DNA of 41,123 nucleotides from a virus (IMGVR_UViG_2565956719_000013), one strand, 5' to 3'. Positions 17,358 through 26,703 are shown, counted from the stretch's first letter. Numbers and translations: made by a program. The notes: generated from the letters alone by a model not told the origin.

Positions 17358-19828
17358 CAGAATCCCCCAACAGTAAGGCGAGGAATAACGGCAAGAACAG
17401 ACAGCGGCAACGGGTCAAGCTGACGGATTTTTACACGTCCGTTTTTGCCCCAGTTACTGTCCAGTTTCACTTCTACTTTTCCGGTAGCATCATCAACAGG
17501 ATCATCGTAGAACTCGAATTCACGCTGTGGATATTCGTACCATTTACCGCCGGGCGTAGTCGCCCAGATGCCGCGACTGGCATTCACAACCAGAGTAACG
17601 GACGGGATCACCTGTTTTTTGTCCAGCAGCGTTTCCTGTCCGTTAATGTTGATATCCAGTGTTTCGAATTCAGCAGTTATTGGCAGGCCGATGTGCACTA
17701 CAGCCCCCGGTGATTCCAGCGTGACGGCACCTCCGGAAACCACTTTCTGTGGTTCCACGTTCGCATCAGAGAGAATGTTTACGGTCTGGCCTTCAAGATG
17801 AGACAAGCCGCCAAATGTCCGGCGCGCCATCTGCCAGTTCGTGGTGGCCACATTCCTGAGGGATGGCGGGACGTTCCTGTTAGCACGAACCACTACAGCG
17901 GTATTGCTGGTTACAGAAATAATGTCGCAACGTAATTCTTTTGACACCTCATCGCCAGTATCAGGATCAGTTCCGGTATAAGGGAACTGTAGTTGCGCGC
18001 CGACATCACTACTGGTGAAGTACGCACCACCAGAAACACTGATTGTATATTCCGCGCGGTAATCCCATTCGCCAGAACCACCAGTGATAATCATCGTTCT
18101 GTCAGACGTATTTCTTCCATCATAGCTAAGGCCAGAATCAACAAAGAAAGCATCTTCATCGCTGGTAAATAAACGGCTGGACAGTCGCTCGATGTATCTC
18201 ACTGTTTGCCCGTTAACGGTTCGGTTAACGACGAAATACACCGCATCTTCATTGCCTTCGCTGATACTGCATGTGCTTTCATATTTTCCGGTACTGGATT
18301 GTGGTGCCCATGCAAAAACCTGCTGATCACGCAAATAGGTCATCACCAGTAATTTACCGTCATCACGGATGCAGAAGGCGCTGGAGTAAGGGACTATTGA
18401 GAAGCACCAGTCAACAATGCTGTGCTTCTGAAAAAGATGATTGGCAAGGATAGTAAGGTCGTTCCCCTGATAGCCGTCAACATCGAATGAGTAGGCCAGA
18501 TCACGGACAACACTGCCTTTCTCCTGGACGAACAGAGCAATATTCGCCACGGCAATTGGTGGGACATTGCTCGAGCCATTTGATCCCTGAGAGCTGAATG
18601 CAAATGATGATGGGGTAAGCACTTTGTTCTGGTCGCCAGTGATGACGTACTCACCTCCGGAAGTCAGCGCCACCAGCGAACCAACATCAATCAGGTGACG
18701 GATCTCATTAACCTGACGCCCGGCATAGGTGTAGATAATTCTGTCGTCATCCTGCGTAGGATTGCTTTTGCCAAAATCCTTATAATCCCCGGTACGGCTG
18801 GCCCAGATAGTCTGAGGAAACGCAGTCGATGCGGCGAAGTAAAGACGTTGTTGATAATAAACAACAGTGCCAGGATAACCATTAACACTGTTCCAGGCAT
18901 ATTTAGCCCATTTATAGCTGGCATTATCCTCGCCAACTACCTGCGAAGGGATATAGGAAATCACCTCGGCAGTTGCAGTAGTTCCATTTGCAGCAGTGAT
19001 ACGGGCAATGCCAAAACCACTGTGCAGATATTCCCACTCAATGCCAGTATCATCATCACCGGATCCGCCCCAGCCATCCCATGATGTGCCTTCTGTATGC
19101 GAAGGGCGCAAAGTACCTGTTTTGCCTGCTGTAACGGCGCGATAGTAGTTACTGTCTGCACGGCGAATATCGCCAATCGACGTACTCTTACTGGTTTCCC
19201 ATACCGGCACAGAATCCACTGCAGGCTGTTCCAGATAGAACAATTTGCCTACCTGCTCCGCGCCAAAAATAGAGGCGCTTGCCGTTAGCGTAATTGTCCC
19301 GGTGCTGGCGCTGGCATAAACCGTCACTGACTCGTCAATATTGATATCTTCAAATGGCCCGTTCTTCGTTACCACATCAACCAGTTGCCAGTTGTCATGC
19401 GCATAGCGGCGCAACTCTTTCGGCGGGTATGCCGGATGAACCAGCGTAAGCACGTCTGCGCTTTGCGTGAATTTAATTCGGAACAGATCGGCTTCAGTAT
19501 ATGGCGTGGAAATTTCATAAATAACATTGCTGCTGTTCAGCACCAACGCACCATCTTTGATAACGCGCATGTACTGGTGTCCGAACTCCAGAGCATAAGT
19601 CTGAACCGTCGAGAACTGGAACGGGATCAGGCGGCATTTCCGATTTGGGTATTTGGCGGCACCGACAAAACGCGTACCAGGTCGATTCTCAACTCCGCCA
19701 TACTGCCGCACGATAAAGTTATCGCACTTGCGCAATGCCACCTGGTACTTCGCCATGTCAATACGACCGTACAACGACGGTCCAATCTCACCACCGGCAA
19801 AGCTGGGCTGGATCCAACTGATAGCCAT
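17357..19828 (-). CDS. tail tubular protein B-like (nozzle)
   Basis: 823 aa; GAGGT RBS; N-terminal FAGGEIGPSLYGR resembles T7 gp12 N-terminus; follows adaptor-like gene. Confidence 0.55.
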   Translation of the reverse strand: MAISWIQPSFAGGEIGPSLYGRIDMAKYQVALRKCDNFIVRQYGGVENRPGTRFVGAAKYPNRKCRLIPFQFSTVQTYALEFGHQYMRVIKDGALVLNSSNVIYEISTPYTEADLFRIKFTQSADVLTLVHPAYPPKELRRYAHDNWQLVDVVTKNGPFEDINIDESVTVYASASTGTITLTASASIFGAEQVGKLFYLEQPAVDSVPVWETSKSTSIGDIRRADSNYYRAVTAGKTGTLRPSHTEGTSWDGWGGSGDDDTGIEWEYLHSGFGIARITAANGTTATAEVISYIPSQVVGEDNASYKWAKYAWNSVNGYPGTVVYYQQRLYFAASTAFPQTIWASRTGDYKDFGKSNPTQDDDRIIYTYAGRQVNEIRHLIDVGSLVALTSGGEYVITGDQNKVLTPSSFAFSSQGSNGSSNVPPIAVANIALFVQEKGSVVRDLAYSFDVDGYQGNDLTILANHLFQKHSIVDWCFSIVPYSSAFCIRDDGKLLVMTYLRDQQVFAWAPQSSTGKYESTCSISEGNEDAVYFVVNRTVNGQTVRYIERLSSRLFTSDEDAFFVDSGLSYDGRNTSDRTMIITGGSGEWDYRAEYTISVSGGAYFTSSDVGAQLQFPYTGTDPDTGDEVSKELRCDIISVTSNTAVVVRANRNVPPSLRNVATTNWQMARRTFGGLSHLEGQTVNILSDANVEPQKVVSGGAVTLESPGAVVHIGLPITAEFETLDININGQETLLDKKQVIPSVTLVVNASRGIWATTPGGKWYEYPQREFEFYDDPVDDATGKVEVKLDSNWGKNGRVKIRQLDPLPLSVLAVIPRLTVGGF

Positions 19829-20433
19829 CAGGACAACCTCGCAATGGTAAACTCGTCAACCGGTGGCAGTGGTTCCTGTGATTCATTCTGGCTATGCGAG
19901 CCAGCACTAAGAATCACGCGATTGTACATATTGAGGGCAAACGTACCGAGGTCTGCATTCCCAGTCAGCGCCATGTTAATAGCTGCCGCAAGACGCCAGG
20001 CCAACGCCTCCATAAAAATGGCATCAAACATGTTCACATCTGAAACGCGAGAGACATACTTGAGCCATGCCTGCGGCTGGTCTGTGTAGATCAACTTTCC
20101 TGTTCCGTTGGTGTCTGCACCAACTTCGTACTGAACGCGCATTGCTGCTGTTGGATTGCGTACACCAGGAAGCATAATTTCAGTAATGCGCAGACAATCG
20201 GACGGGTACTGATACGCATATTCCCAGTCAGGCGGTGGATTGCTCGTATCTGCAAGCGCCACGCGTTTGGTAGCAAAGTTCCAGTCAAAATCAGAAAGCA
20301 CAGCATCACGGCAGGCCTCAAAGTGCAGCGAACATTCCCCCGCTTCCTTGCTGGCTTCCGTCAGGCTGTTAATGCTGCGGCTATTGCCAATATTGGACAG
20401 CGCACGATTGCAGATCTCTACTACAGAGGCCAT
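19828..20433 (-). CDS. tail tubular protein A-like (adaptor)
   Basis: 201 aa, size and position of T7 gp11; GGGGGTGA RBS; ATGA overlap with next gene. Confidence 0.5.
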   Translation of the reverse strand: MASVVEICNRALSNIGNSRSINSLTEASKEAGECSLHFEACRDAVLSDFDWNFATKRVALADTSNPPPDWEYAYQYPSDCLRITEIMLPGVRNPTAAMRVQYEVGADTNGTGKLIYTDQPQAWLKYVSRVSDVNMFDAIFMEALAWRLAAAINMALTGNADLGTFALNMYNRVILSAGSHSQNESQEPLPPVDEFTIARLS

Positions 20434-20756
20434 TACTCACCCCCATTGCCGTACAGGGTTTCAGCCGCTGATTTTTCTACATCCCCGGAAACAGGAGCGA
20501 TCGCCATATCAGTGATCTGCAGATCGGCGCTGCGATTAACACCATCGTCAGTTTCTCTGGCAGACAGGCCTCGAATAACAGCTTTTGCAGTTATCATCAC
20601 TTCTGTTCCGACGCCCTGAGGTTGCGCCTTCAGCTTATTCAATGTGTCGTTATTAAGAGTGATGCACAGCCCCCACGGGTATTCATCGCGAGTTCTGGTT
20701 TCTCCGCTCTCATCCTGGTAGCTGTCAGTGCCGGTTTTGAGGTTTACGAGTTCCAT
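20433..20756 (-). CDS. hypothetical protein
   Basis: start moved to ATG 20756 (AGGAG RBS 5 nt upstream); 107 aa. Confidence 0.45.
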   Translation of the reverse strand: MELVNLKTGTDSYQDESGETRTRDEYPWGLCITLNNDTLNKLKAQPQGVGTEVMITAKAVIRGLSARETDDGVNRSADLQITDMAIAPVSGDVEKSAAETLYGNGGE

Positions 20757-20772
20757 ATACACTCCTGCAATA

Positions 20773-20790
20773 AAGGGGCCGAAGCCCCTT
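20773..20790 (-). terminator. intercistronic hairpin with UUCG tetraloop, possible attenuator
   Basis: minus strand AAGGGGC-UUCG-GCCCCUU followed by UUUAUUG, immediately before RBS of 20433..20756. Confidence 0.4.
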
Positions 20791-20806
20791 GTCGGATTCG
20801 CGAGGC

Positions 20807-21142
20807 TTACACGCCTAGTTCTTTACGCTTATCTGCGATCTTCTCGCGGAGCGTTTCGGCTTTAGCGTTATGGTGTGGCTTCTCGTTAAAGAGCAATTCG
20901 TACTCTTCACGGAGCTTATCCAGTTCACCATCATCTGACACATCGTTGATGATTTTGGTGCTGGTTGCTGCCATTGACACCTTTCCTGCAACTTTTGCTT
21001 TTGCCTGTCTGGCTGCATCGTTAACAGGTTCCAGTGCGCTACCAGGCTCACCTTCGTATTCGATTTCTGCCCCCTCCGGCCACAGTGTGTTATGGATATG
21101 AGAGAGGCGCAGAACGCGGTATCTTGGTTTCTCACCTGACAT
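20807..21142 (-). CDS. hypothetical protein
   Basis: start moved to ATG 21142 (AAGGTGA RBS); 111 aa, Lys/Glu-rich C-terminus. Confidence 0.45.
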   Translation of the reverse strand: MSGEKPRYRVLRLSHIHNTLWPEGAEIEYEGEPGSALEPVNDAARQAKAKVAGKVSMAATSTKIINDVSDDGELDKLREEYELLFNEKPHHNAKAETLREKIADKRKELGV

Positions 21143-21152
21143 CGATATCACC

Positions 21153-21590
21153 TTAACCAGTTACTTTTGAGCGGATCGGATACGGCGTATTGGCATCAAC
21201 ATCAAGACTGATACCAGCAGTGAATTCGCCAGCCGTTAGCGGGCCAGTTGCGACGGAGTAGTTAACACGCAGATATCGCTGAACACCGGCAGGCACCTTT
21301 GCAGAAACAACTCGTTTACCTGCTGTCAGGGCGGTCTTTGCCAGTGCACCACTATCATAAATAGTGGTCCATGAGCTGTTATCCTCACTCGTCTGCAACT
21401 GGATGTTTACAGTTGCATCACCGCTTGCTGCGGCGGCTGTGTTAACCAGCGCCCAAAACTCAAGCGGGTAACCCACGCCGATATCACGACGTTTTCCGTC
21501 AATTGGACCGAGATCGATTACGTCAGTAGAAGCCGCGGTATCAGTTACCGCCTGTGCTTCGGAGAACATCAACAGTTTGTCGGTGATCAT
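21153..21590 (-). CDS. hypothetical head-associated protein
   Basis: GGAGAAAG RBS; 145 aa; directly after capsid gene. Confidence 0.5.
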   Translation of the reverse strand: MITDKLLMFSEAQAVTDTAASTDVIDLGPIDGKRRDIGVGYPLEFWALVNTAAAASGDATVNIQLQTSEDNSSWTTIYDSGALAKTALTAGKRVVSAKVPAGVQRYLRVNYSVATGPLTAGEFTAGISLDVDANTPYPIRSKVTG

Positions 21591-21641
21591 CTTCTTTCTC
21601 CATTAGTGGGTCTGTTACGACCCACAGGTTAATAACAGGCG

Positions 21642-22634
21642 TTACACCACGCGGGCTTCTGTTTCCAGAAGCGCATCAGTTTCACGGATTGGTACACCAC
21701 GGAATGAAGTCCACCACTCGCCTTCTGTCTCTTTTACGCTGATAGCCAGAGATGTTTTCTCCAGAGACTGCAGATCAAGAGCCTGGCCTACAGTGCGGTT
21801 CATGTAGAACACCGGGCGGCCCATGCCACGGTTTGGAATGCGATGCAGTGCTTTAACCATCAACTTCGCAATATTTGCGGCAGAGGATGGTTCTGAAAGA
21901 TTGCTGACATCGATGTTTGCAATGCGAACAACATAACGCCAGTCACGCAGAGCAAGTCCGTTATCCCATTTGTAATGGGTGCGATAGCCTTCGTACTTGC
22001 CGCCATTAGCATCTTCCAGTGTCACCTGGCCTTTATCTTCCATCTGGATGCCAGCCTTCTGCCCTTTCGGGAAGATGCCATGCACGGTGTTTTCGCCCCA
22101 CACCACTAACCAGATTGAGGTGTTATCTGTACCCGTGCCACCAGCATCAATGATGTTCTGAGCATTACCCGCAGACAGGCTGGAATAGCGGGAGGACAGT
22201 CCCATAAACTGCTGAGGATTAACGCTGGAATCACCATAAAACAGCGTCTGCGCCATCTGCTGATTCATCGCTTCAATAAATGCGCGGTCTTCAGAAAGGC
22301 GGAATTCGGCGGTATTGCCGTTCAGATCAGCCAGTGACTTATCGACTTCCGCATAGGTTTCCAGCATGCCAACGGAATCGGTTACCTGCACTGTGGTTGA
22401 TTTGCTTGGCTGTACGCCATAGTTCAGCAAACGCCAGGTAGCTGAAGGTAAACCAGAACGAATGGTGGTTCGGTGTCCGGTAGGAAGGTTCCCTTCGACA
22501 AAAGGCATATCCTGAAGGATCGGGTTAGTTTGACCGAGAAGCTCGATAATCTTATCGACTTTCCCGTTTGGATCGACGCGCTTACCCCAGTCAGCCAGCG
22601 TTAGCGCAGTTAAGCCTTTAACAGCCATTGTCAT
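21642..22634 (-). CDS. major capsid protein (by position and size)
   Basis: 330 aa; GAGAGGAA RBS; follows scaffold-like gene; stem-loop between it and next gene. Confidence 0.55.
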   Translation of the reverse strand: MTMAVKGLTALTLADWGKRVDPNGKVDKIIELLGQTNPILQDMPFVEGNLPTGHRTTIRSGLPSATWRLLNYGVQPSKSTTVQVTDSVGMLETYAEVDKSLADLNGNTAEFRLSEDRAFIEAMNQQMAQTLFYGDSSVNPQQFMGLSSRYSSLSAGNAQNIIDAGGTGTDNTSIWLVVWGENTVHGIFPKGQKAGIQMEDKGQVTLEDANGGKYEGYRTHYKWDNGLALRDWRYVVRIANIDVSNLSEPSSAANIAKLMVKALHRIPNRGMGRPVFYMNRTVGQALDLQSLEKTSLAISVKETEGEWWTSFRGVPIRETDALLETEARVV

Positions 22635-22642
22635 TTCCTCTC

Positions 22643-23338
22643 TTATTTGCCATAGAGCACTTCGGCCGCACTACGCTGGCCTTCATTACTACCGGTGACC
22701 ATGCCATCTTCAGACATCGCCTTTCCGATTTTCACGAACGTTTTGACCAGATCAGGGTGATTACCCAGCCCGGTGGTGTTCAGATATTCTTTGAGTTCAG
22801 GTGTCCCGAACTGGTCAAGCGCACGCTGTGCGGCGCTAAGGTTAGAAATCAACTTGTCGCCACCGATTTCTTTGTCAGCTTTTACATCAGCAGCCCACTG
22901 CTCGGTTGTTTTCTGCCAGGCTTCTGCCTGGCGCTGCTGCACACCTGCCAGAATCTTCGGATAAGCATCAACCAGCTTTTGCGCTTGCTCGTTGGTCAGG
23001 TTTAGTTCTCGCGCCACCGGCTCGAATTCCTTCAACGCTTCTGTATCCAGCTCTACGCCTTCGGCAGCCTGAAACTCGTACTTCTCAGGCGCACCCTCTG
23101 GTTTATCGCCGTCCTTTTTTTCATCCTGCTTATCGTTTTCAGGCTTTTTGTCATCAGCAGGTTTATCGCCATCAGCAACAGGTTGTGGCTTATCACCTTC
23201 CAGTTGTGATGGATCACCAACTGGAGCAGGGTTATCACCTGCAGGCGCTGACGGTTCTGACGCAGCCGGAGCTGCTCCACCATCGACTGGTTGCTCATTG
23301 CAAAGACGGCGATACAGCAAACGCTCAAATAAATTCAT
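22643..23338 (-). CDS. scaffolding protein
   Basis: start moved to ATG 23338 (AGGAG RBS); acidic, low-complexity Pro/Asp/Lys-rich N-terminus then helical region; between portal and capsid. Confidence 0.55.
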   Translation of the reverse strand: MNLFERLLYRRLCNEQPVDGGAAPAASEPSAPAGDNPAPVGDPSQLEGDKPQPVADGDKPADDKKPENDKQDEKKDGDKPEGAPEKYEFQAAEGVELDTEALKEFEPVARELNLTNEQAQKLVDAYPKILAGVQQRQAEAWQKTTEQWAADVKADKEIGGDKLISNLSAAQRALDQFGTPELKEYLNTTGLGNHPDLVKTFVKIGKAMSEDGMVTGSNEGQRSAAEVLYGK

Positions 23339-23340
23339 GA

Positions 23341-23637
23341 TCACTCCTGTTCACTGGCCTCTTTGGCCATCTTCAAATACTGTTCAGGGCAATGCGCCAT
23401 AACGCGCTGAAACAGTTCAAGCGCCAGATTGCGTTGCCCCTCATTAAATGCCATTGCCATAGCGTCCATCGGTGAGATAGCGGAAAACACACGGCCTTTC
23501 TCCAGCACAGACCAGACAACGCGACGCCCCTGTTCACTGCTCATGACAAAGCGAATGTCATCAATTTCACGCTGCTCCATGTCACGTTGCTTACGGGCGT
23601 TTTCTTCTTTCAGTTGATCGTCTTCGTAATCTGTCAT
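23341..23637 (-). CDS. hypothetical protein
   Basis: 98 aa; ATGA overlap with portal stop. Confidence 0.45.
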   Translation of the reverse strand: MTDYEDDQLKEENARKQRDMEQREIDDIRFVMSSEQGRRVVWSVLEKGRVFSAISPMDAMAMAFNEGQRNLALELFQRVMAHCPEQYLKMAKEASEQE

Positions 23638-25313
23638 TGTGATTGCCCACCCTGACCACTAACTGCATTCGCCATAGCTGACAAAACACTCGGATCCGAA
23701 GTTTTAGCTTCGCTTAGCGTCTTGGCGCCCTGTGCCGCCGCCATCCCCATCGCCATCATTTGTTGCTGCTGTTGCTGCTGTGCCCGTTGCTGGCGAGCCT
23801 GCTCAACCTGTTCCTGCGGAACAATGACGGTTGGAGACACTCCGGACATATCAGCGAATGCATCGATCGCCTGATCAACGTTGAGTTTGTCGAGAGCTTC
23901 TGGTTTCGCTTGCGCAAGTTGACCAATGAAGTTAACCGTGGACGCCAGACTGGACAGGCCGATAGACTTCTGCGCCTGAGCCATGACGGAAATGTATTCG
24001 ACCTTCAGGGGCATACCTTCCATCACGTCTGGCGGTGGCGGCAGCATGTTTTTACGCACCATCATCGAGAAAGAGCGGTCAATGAGAGGATTAAGACATT
24101 CGTCGTTCAGACGCTCCAGAACCGGCCCCAACATCAGAAGTTTTTCTTCTTTCATTTCGATCACCGCTTCAACAGGCATCGAGCGGGTATTGATGTTCTG
24201 CAACATCATGAACAGATCGACAAAGTAGGCGCTGTTAATGATTTGACGAGTGTCCTGAATGTCTGCCACCAAATCTGCTGTACTGGGGTTAACCAGATAA
24301 GCAGGCCTGAAACCATCCTGACCAGTAATCTGATCGATATACGTGATGTCGCCAGGAAGAAGGGAGGCACGCTGATTCTTGAGGGAAGTCGGAGCAACCA
24401 TCGGCGGATTGGTGGCTTTATCAATCAACTGCGACTTGCGCTTCTGGAGAAGCTGCAATGCCTTAACAGGTCCAAGCGCCAGCATACCCGGGCATGATGA
24501 TCCATAAACATCTTCGCCGTTAACTTCCCAGCGCGGAGCCATAATTGGAAACTCATCGAATCCGGACTCACGCAACAACTTGTCGTTATCGCCACCAACC
24601 TCGTAATAAACCGATTTGAATGGCTTGTTCTTGCTATCCAGCTTCGATGTATCGCGGTCAATGTTCGGGTAAACCGAATGCATCACTTCAATCCACTTCT
24701 CGTAGGTTCCGCTTTCCCACATGCTTTTTACGGATTCGCTGACGTTATTTAGCCCGAACTCCTGAACAAGCTGACGAACAGTCATAGAGAACTTGCGAAA
24801 ACAGGTGTCCACACTGCCACGAGGTGAGTTAGCCAGGTAGTAACTGCCTATCGGGAATGGCATTGTGCGAATGATGTCCTCGTCATCCTCCAGCACTGCC
24901 ATTGCACCAGTGCTGTATGTGCCGAGGCTTCCGTATAACTGCGGCAGCGACTGATAGAGATTCGACTTATTGAACATATCGTTCATGCGGTTCTGCACCG
25001 CCTCAAGCCACAACTTAACAGGGCCATAATCCATCATTTCAGGATCTGGCGTAGCCAGGCGAAACCACGGACGCGCGGGGCTTGTGATGCCTGACATCAT
25101 GCCGCTGGCGAGAGTGCGCGCCGCCATAGTCCCGGTCGAATCAATAATGCGTGTATTGCGTCGATCGTTACGGTTGGCCTCAGAAGTCAGAAAGCGGGAA
25201 CCACGCGGGTTGATGTAATCACTCAACTCGCGCCAGTGCGGCTCGAACGACTGACGCTCGCTTTCAAGTTGTGCGAACTGTTTGTTCAATCGCTCTTTAG
25301 TTGTTTCCGCCAT
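23634..25313 (-). CDS. portal (head-tail connector), T7 gp8-like
   Basis: 559 aa; GGAG RBS; C-terminal QQQQQMMAMGMAAAQGAKT resembles T7 gp8 C-terminus; follows terminase. Confidence 0.8.
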   Translation of the reverse strand: MAETTKERLNKQFAQLESERQSFEPHWRELSDYINPRGSRFLTSEANRNDRRNTRIIDSTGTMAARTLASGMMSGITSPARPWFRLATPDPEMMDYGPVKLWLEAVQNRMNDMFNKSNLYQSLPQLYGSLGTYSTGAMAVLEDDEDIIRTMPFPIGSYYLANSPRGSVDTCFRKFSMTVRQLVQEFGLNNVSESVKSMWESGTYEKWIEVMHSVYPNIDRDTSKLDSKNKPFKSVYYEVGGDNDKLLRESGFDEFPIMAPRWEVNGEDVYGSSCPGMLALGPVKALQLLQKRKSQLIDKATNPPMVAPTSLKNQRASLLPGDITYIDQITGQDGFRPAYLVNPSTADLVADIQDTRQIINSAYFVDLFMMLQNINTRSMPVEAVIEMKEEKLLMLGPVLERLNDECLNPLIDRSFSMMVRKNMLPPPPDVMEGMPLKVEYISVMAQAQKSIGLSSLASTVNFIGQLAQAKPEALDKLNVDQAIDAFADMSGVSPTVIVPQEQVEQARQQRAQQQQQQQMMAMGMAAAQGAKTLSEAKTSDPSVLSAMANAVSGQGGQSQ

Positions 25314-25327
25314 TTCAATGACTCCGG

Positions 25328-25534
25328 TTACTGACCAAGCAGCGTTTTACCGCTGGTATTAGCGGTTGATGTGTCACCCTGAGAACCGGTAAGCAGCGTA
25401 GAACTACGACCAGCAGCAGCGCGACGGCGACGAGTTTCTTCGTCGCGGGCATCAACAACGGCGGCATCCTGCTCCTGTGGTGCTGCCTGAACTTCTGGTG
25501 TTGCAGGCACTGACGGTGAGCTACCCATGCACAT
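25328..25534 (-). CDS. small hypothetical protein
   Basis: ATG 25534 with GGAG RBS in a 14-nt initiation region almost identical to the portal one (CGGAGTCATTGA(A/T)ATG). Confidence 0.4.
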   Translation of the reverse strand: MCMGSSPSVPATPEVQAAPQEQDAAVVDARDEETRRRRAAAGRSSTLLTGSQGDTSTANTSGKTLLGQ

Positions 25535-25624
25535 ATCAATGACTCCGTACGCAATTAAATTATTACCAATTTAACCACATATGATTTATTTATCGTAGAT
25601 AGTTGACATTTAACGCACGAATTA

Positions 25625-25639
25625 TTACCTTTCAGGTAA
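25625..25639. promoter_or_regulatory. operator-like dyad TTACC-N5-GGTAA
   Basis: ATTACCtttcaGGTAAG, ~90 bp upstream of the portal-operon first ORF. Confidence 0.55.
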
Positions 25640-25961
25640 GCAAATGGTTCATTCCGGTTATTAACCTGACTGGCTTGTCGTTAAATTGAACAGGTGGAGT
25701 GAGCTTTTATTTTGAGCAGTACGGCGTATGGCACATGCGCCGATAGCGGTCTGGATACGTTTAAGGGGCACCCTCCCTTGCTCGGGCAAACGAACCAGGT
25801 AGCCGGAATGTGCAAGTCGAGCGGTTTTATTCCGCGCACGGGGATTCACCATCCCGGCGATTCGGTGTGACGCCTCGGAAGAGACGAGGGTACAACGATG
25901 AGAGCATTTATGGAGCCGCGACAAAGTGTGGTGCCTTAACAGGCTAAGTGCTCTCAGCGTT

Positions 25962-26038
25962 GTGGCATTAGCTCAGTCGGACAGAGCAACCGCCTTCTAA
26001 GCGGTTGGTCGCAGGTTCGAATCCTGCATGCCACGCCA
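25962..26038 (+). tRNA. tRNA-Arg (anticodon UCU)
   Basis: 77 nt; acceptor stem GTGGCAT/ATGCCAC, anticodon stem ACCGC/GCGGT with loop CTTCTAA, T-arm GCAGG-TTCGAAT-CCTGC, discriminator G, CCA encoded. Confidence 0.85.
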
Positions 26039-26081
26039 GAATCACGCCTAAGGACCGTGATGCCAGAAGTTCCAGGTGCTT

Positions 26082-26123
26082 GGCGGTGATGGTTTCCCTT
26101 GAAGGACTATCACCGCCCTTTTT
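26082..26123 (+). terminator. intrinsic terminator after tRNA
   Basis: GGCGGTGAT (26082-26090) / ATCACCGCC (26109-26117) stem, T5 at 26119-26123. Confidence 0.7.
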
Positions 26124-26241
26124 ACAGCAGGACGCCATTGCGATGACTTCATGCTGTAAACCAGTACAGCCACGGAAGGCATAACTCATTGCTTCCAGTT
26201 CGCCCGGTTCGCAGGGCATTTTTTTAAGGTGAGATTAGACT

Positions 26242-26613
26242 ATGAGTGAAAAAGACATTGAATCTGAAATTCAGGCTAAAGGTTTAGCCGCGCCGCGCGT
26301 TACGCCAGACCATATCGAGAGCATTATTGCTCAGGAGGCATATTTCACAGCAGAAGATGGTGCCTTTGGCGTAGCCATAAAAGCGAAACATACTGGCGGA
26401 GAGGTAAACTACCAGCCGCACGAATCACTTTCTCTGCTGACGTTCTGCGTCCTGGTGCTGCGCAACGGCTTCACCGTCACCGGAGAGAGCGCCTGTGCAA
26501 GCCCGGAAAACTTTGATGCAGAAATTGGTCGGAAGATTGCCCGACAGAATGCTGTAAACAAAATCTGGATGCTTGAAGGTTACTTGCTGAAGCAGAAGTT
26601 AAGCGAGCAATAA
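26242..26613 (+). CDS. Gp49-like small phage protein (N4 Gp49 / Sf6 gp66 family, from memory)
   Basis: AAGGTGAG RBS; 123 aa; C-terminal pattern FDAEIGRKIARQNAVNKIWMLEGYLL recalled for this family. Confidence 0.45.
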   Translation: MSEKDIESEIQAKGLAAPRVTPDHIESIIAQEAYFTAEDGAFGVAIKAKHTGGEVNYQPHESLSLLTFCVLVLRNGFTVTGESACASPENFDAEIGRKIARQNAVNKIWMLEGYLLKQKLSEQ

Positions 26614-26617
26614 CACC

Positions 26618-26629
26618 GTGACATATCAC
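26618..26629. repeat. near-palindrome GTGACATATCAC (copy 3, one mismatch)
   Basis: 5 bp after Gp49-like stop and 4 bp before terminator hairpin. Confidence 0.8.
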
Positions 26630-26633
26630 AAAC

Positions 26634-26660
26634 AGCCAGCCTATGAGCTGGCTTTGTTTT
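26634..26660. terminator. terminator between convergent Gp49-like gene and large terminase
   Basis: AGCCAGC (26634-26640) / GCTGGCT (26647-26653), loop CTATGA, then TTTGTTTT. Confidence 0.55.
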
Positions 26661-26703
26661 ATCCTCATCAGAGGATATCAACAACATTATCCCCTCAAGC
26701 GGA

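Noticed and set aside
25315-25554. 79-aa ORF overlapping 25328..25534 in another frame
   Set aside because: Arg/His/Leu-rich with no RBS; the alternative frame has a GGAG RBS and a hydrophilic product.
25604-25609. TTGACA as -35 of a sigma70 promoter for the tRNA
   Set aside because: No acceptable -10 hexamer at 16-18 bp spacing on the + strand; the tRNA is more than 350 bp downstream.
25661-25924. 87-aa minus-strand ORF upstream of the tRNA
   Set aside because: No RBS, Arg/Ser-rich low-complexity product in a GC-rich region with many stems; more likely non-coding.
25690-25960. Possible second tRNA upstream of tRNA-Arg
   Set aside because: No GTTCRANYC T-loop and no cloverleaf could be drawn.
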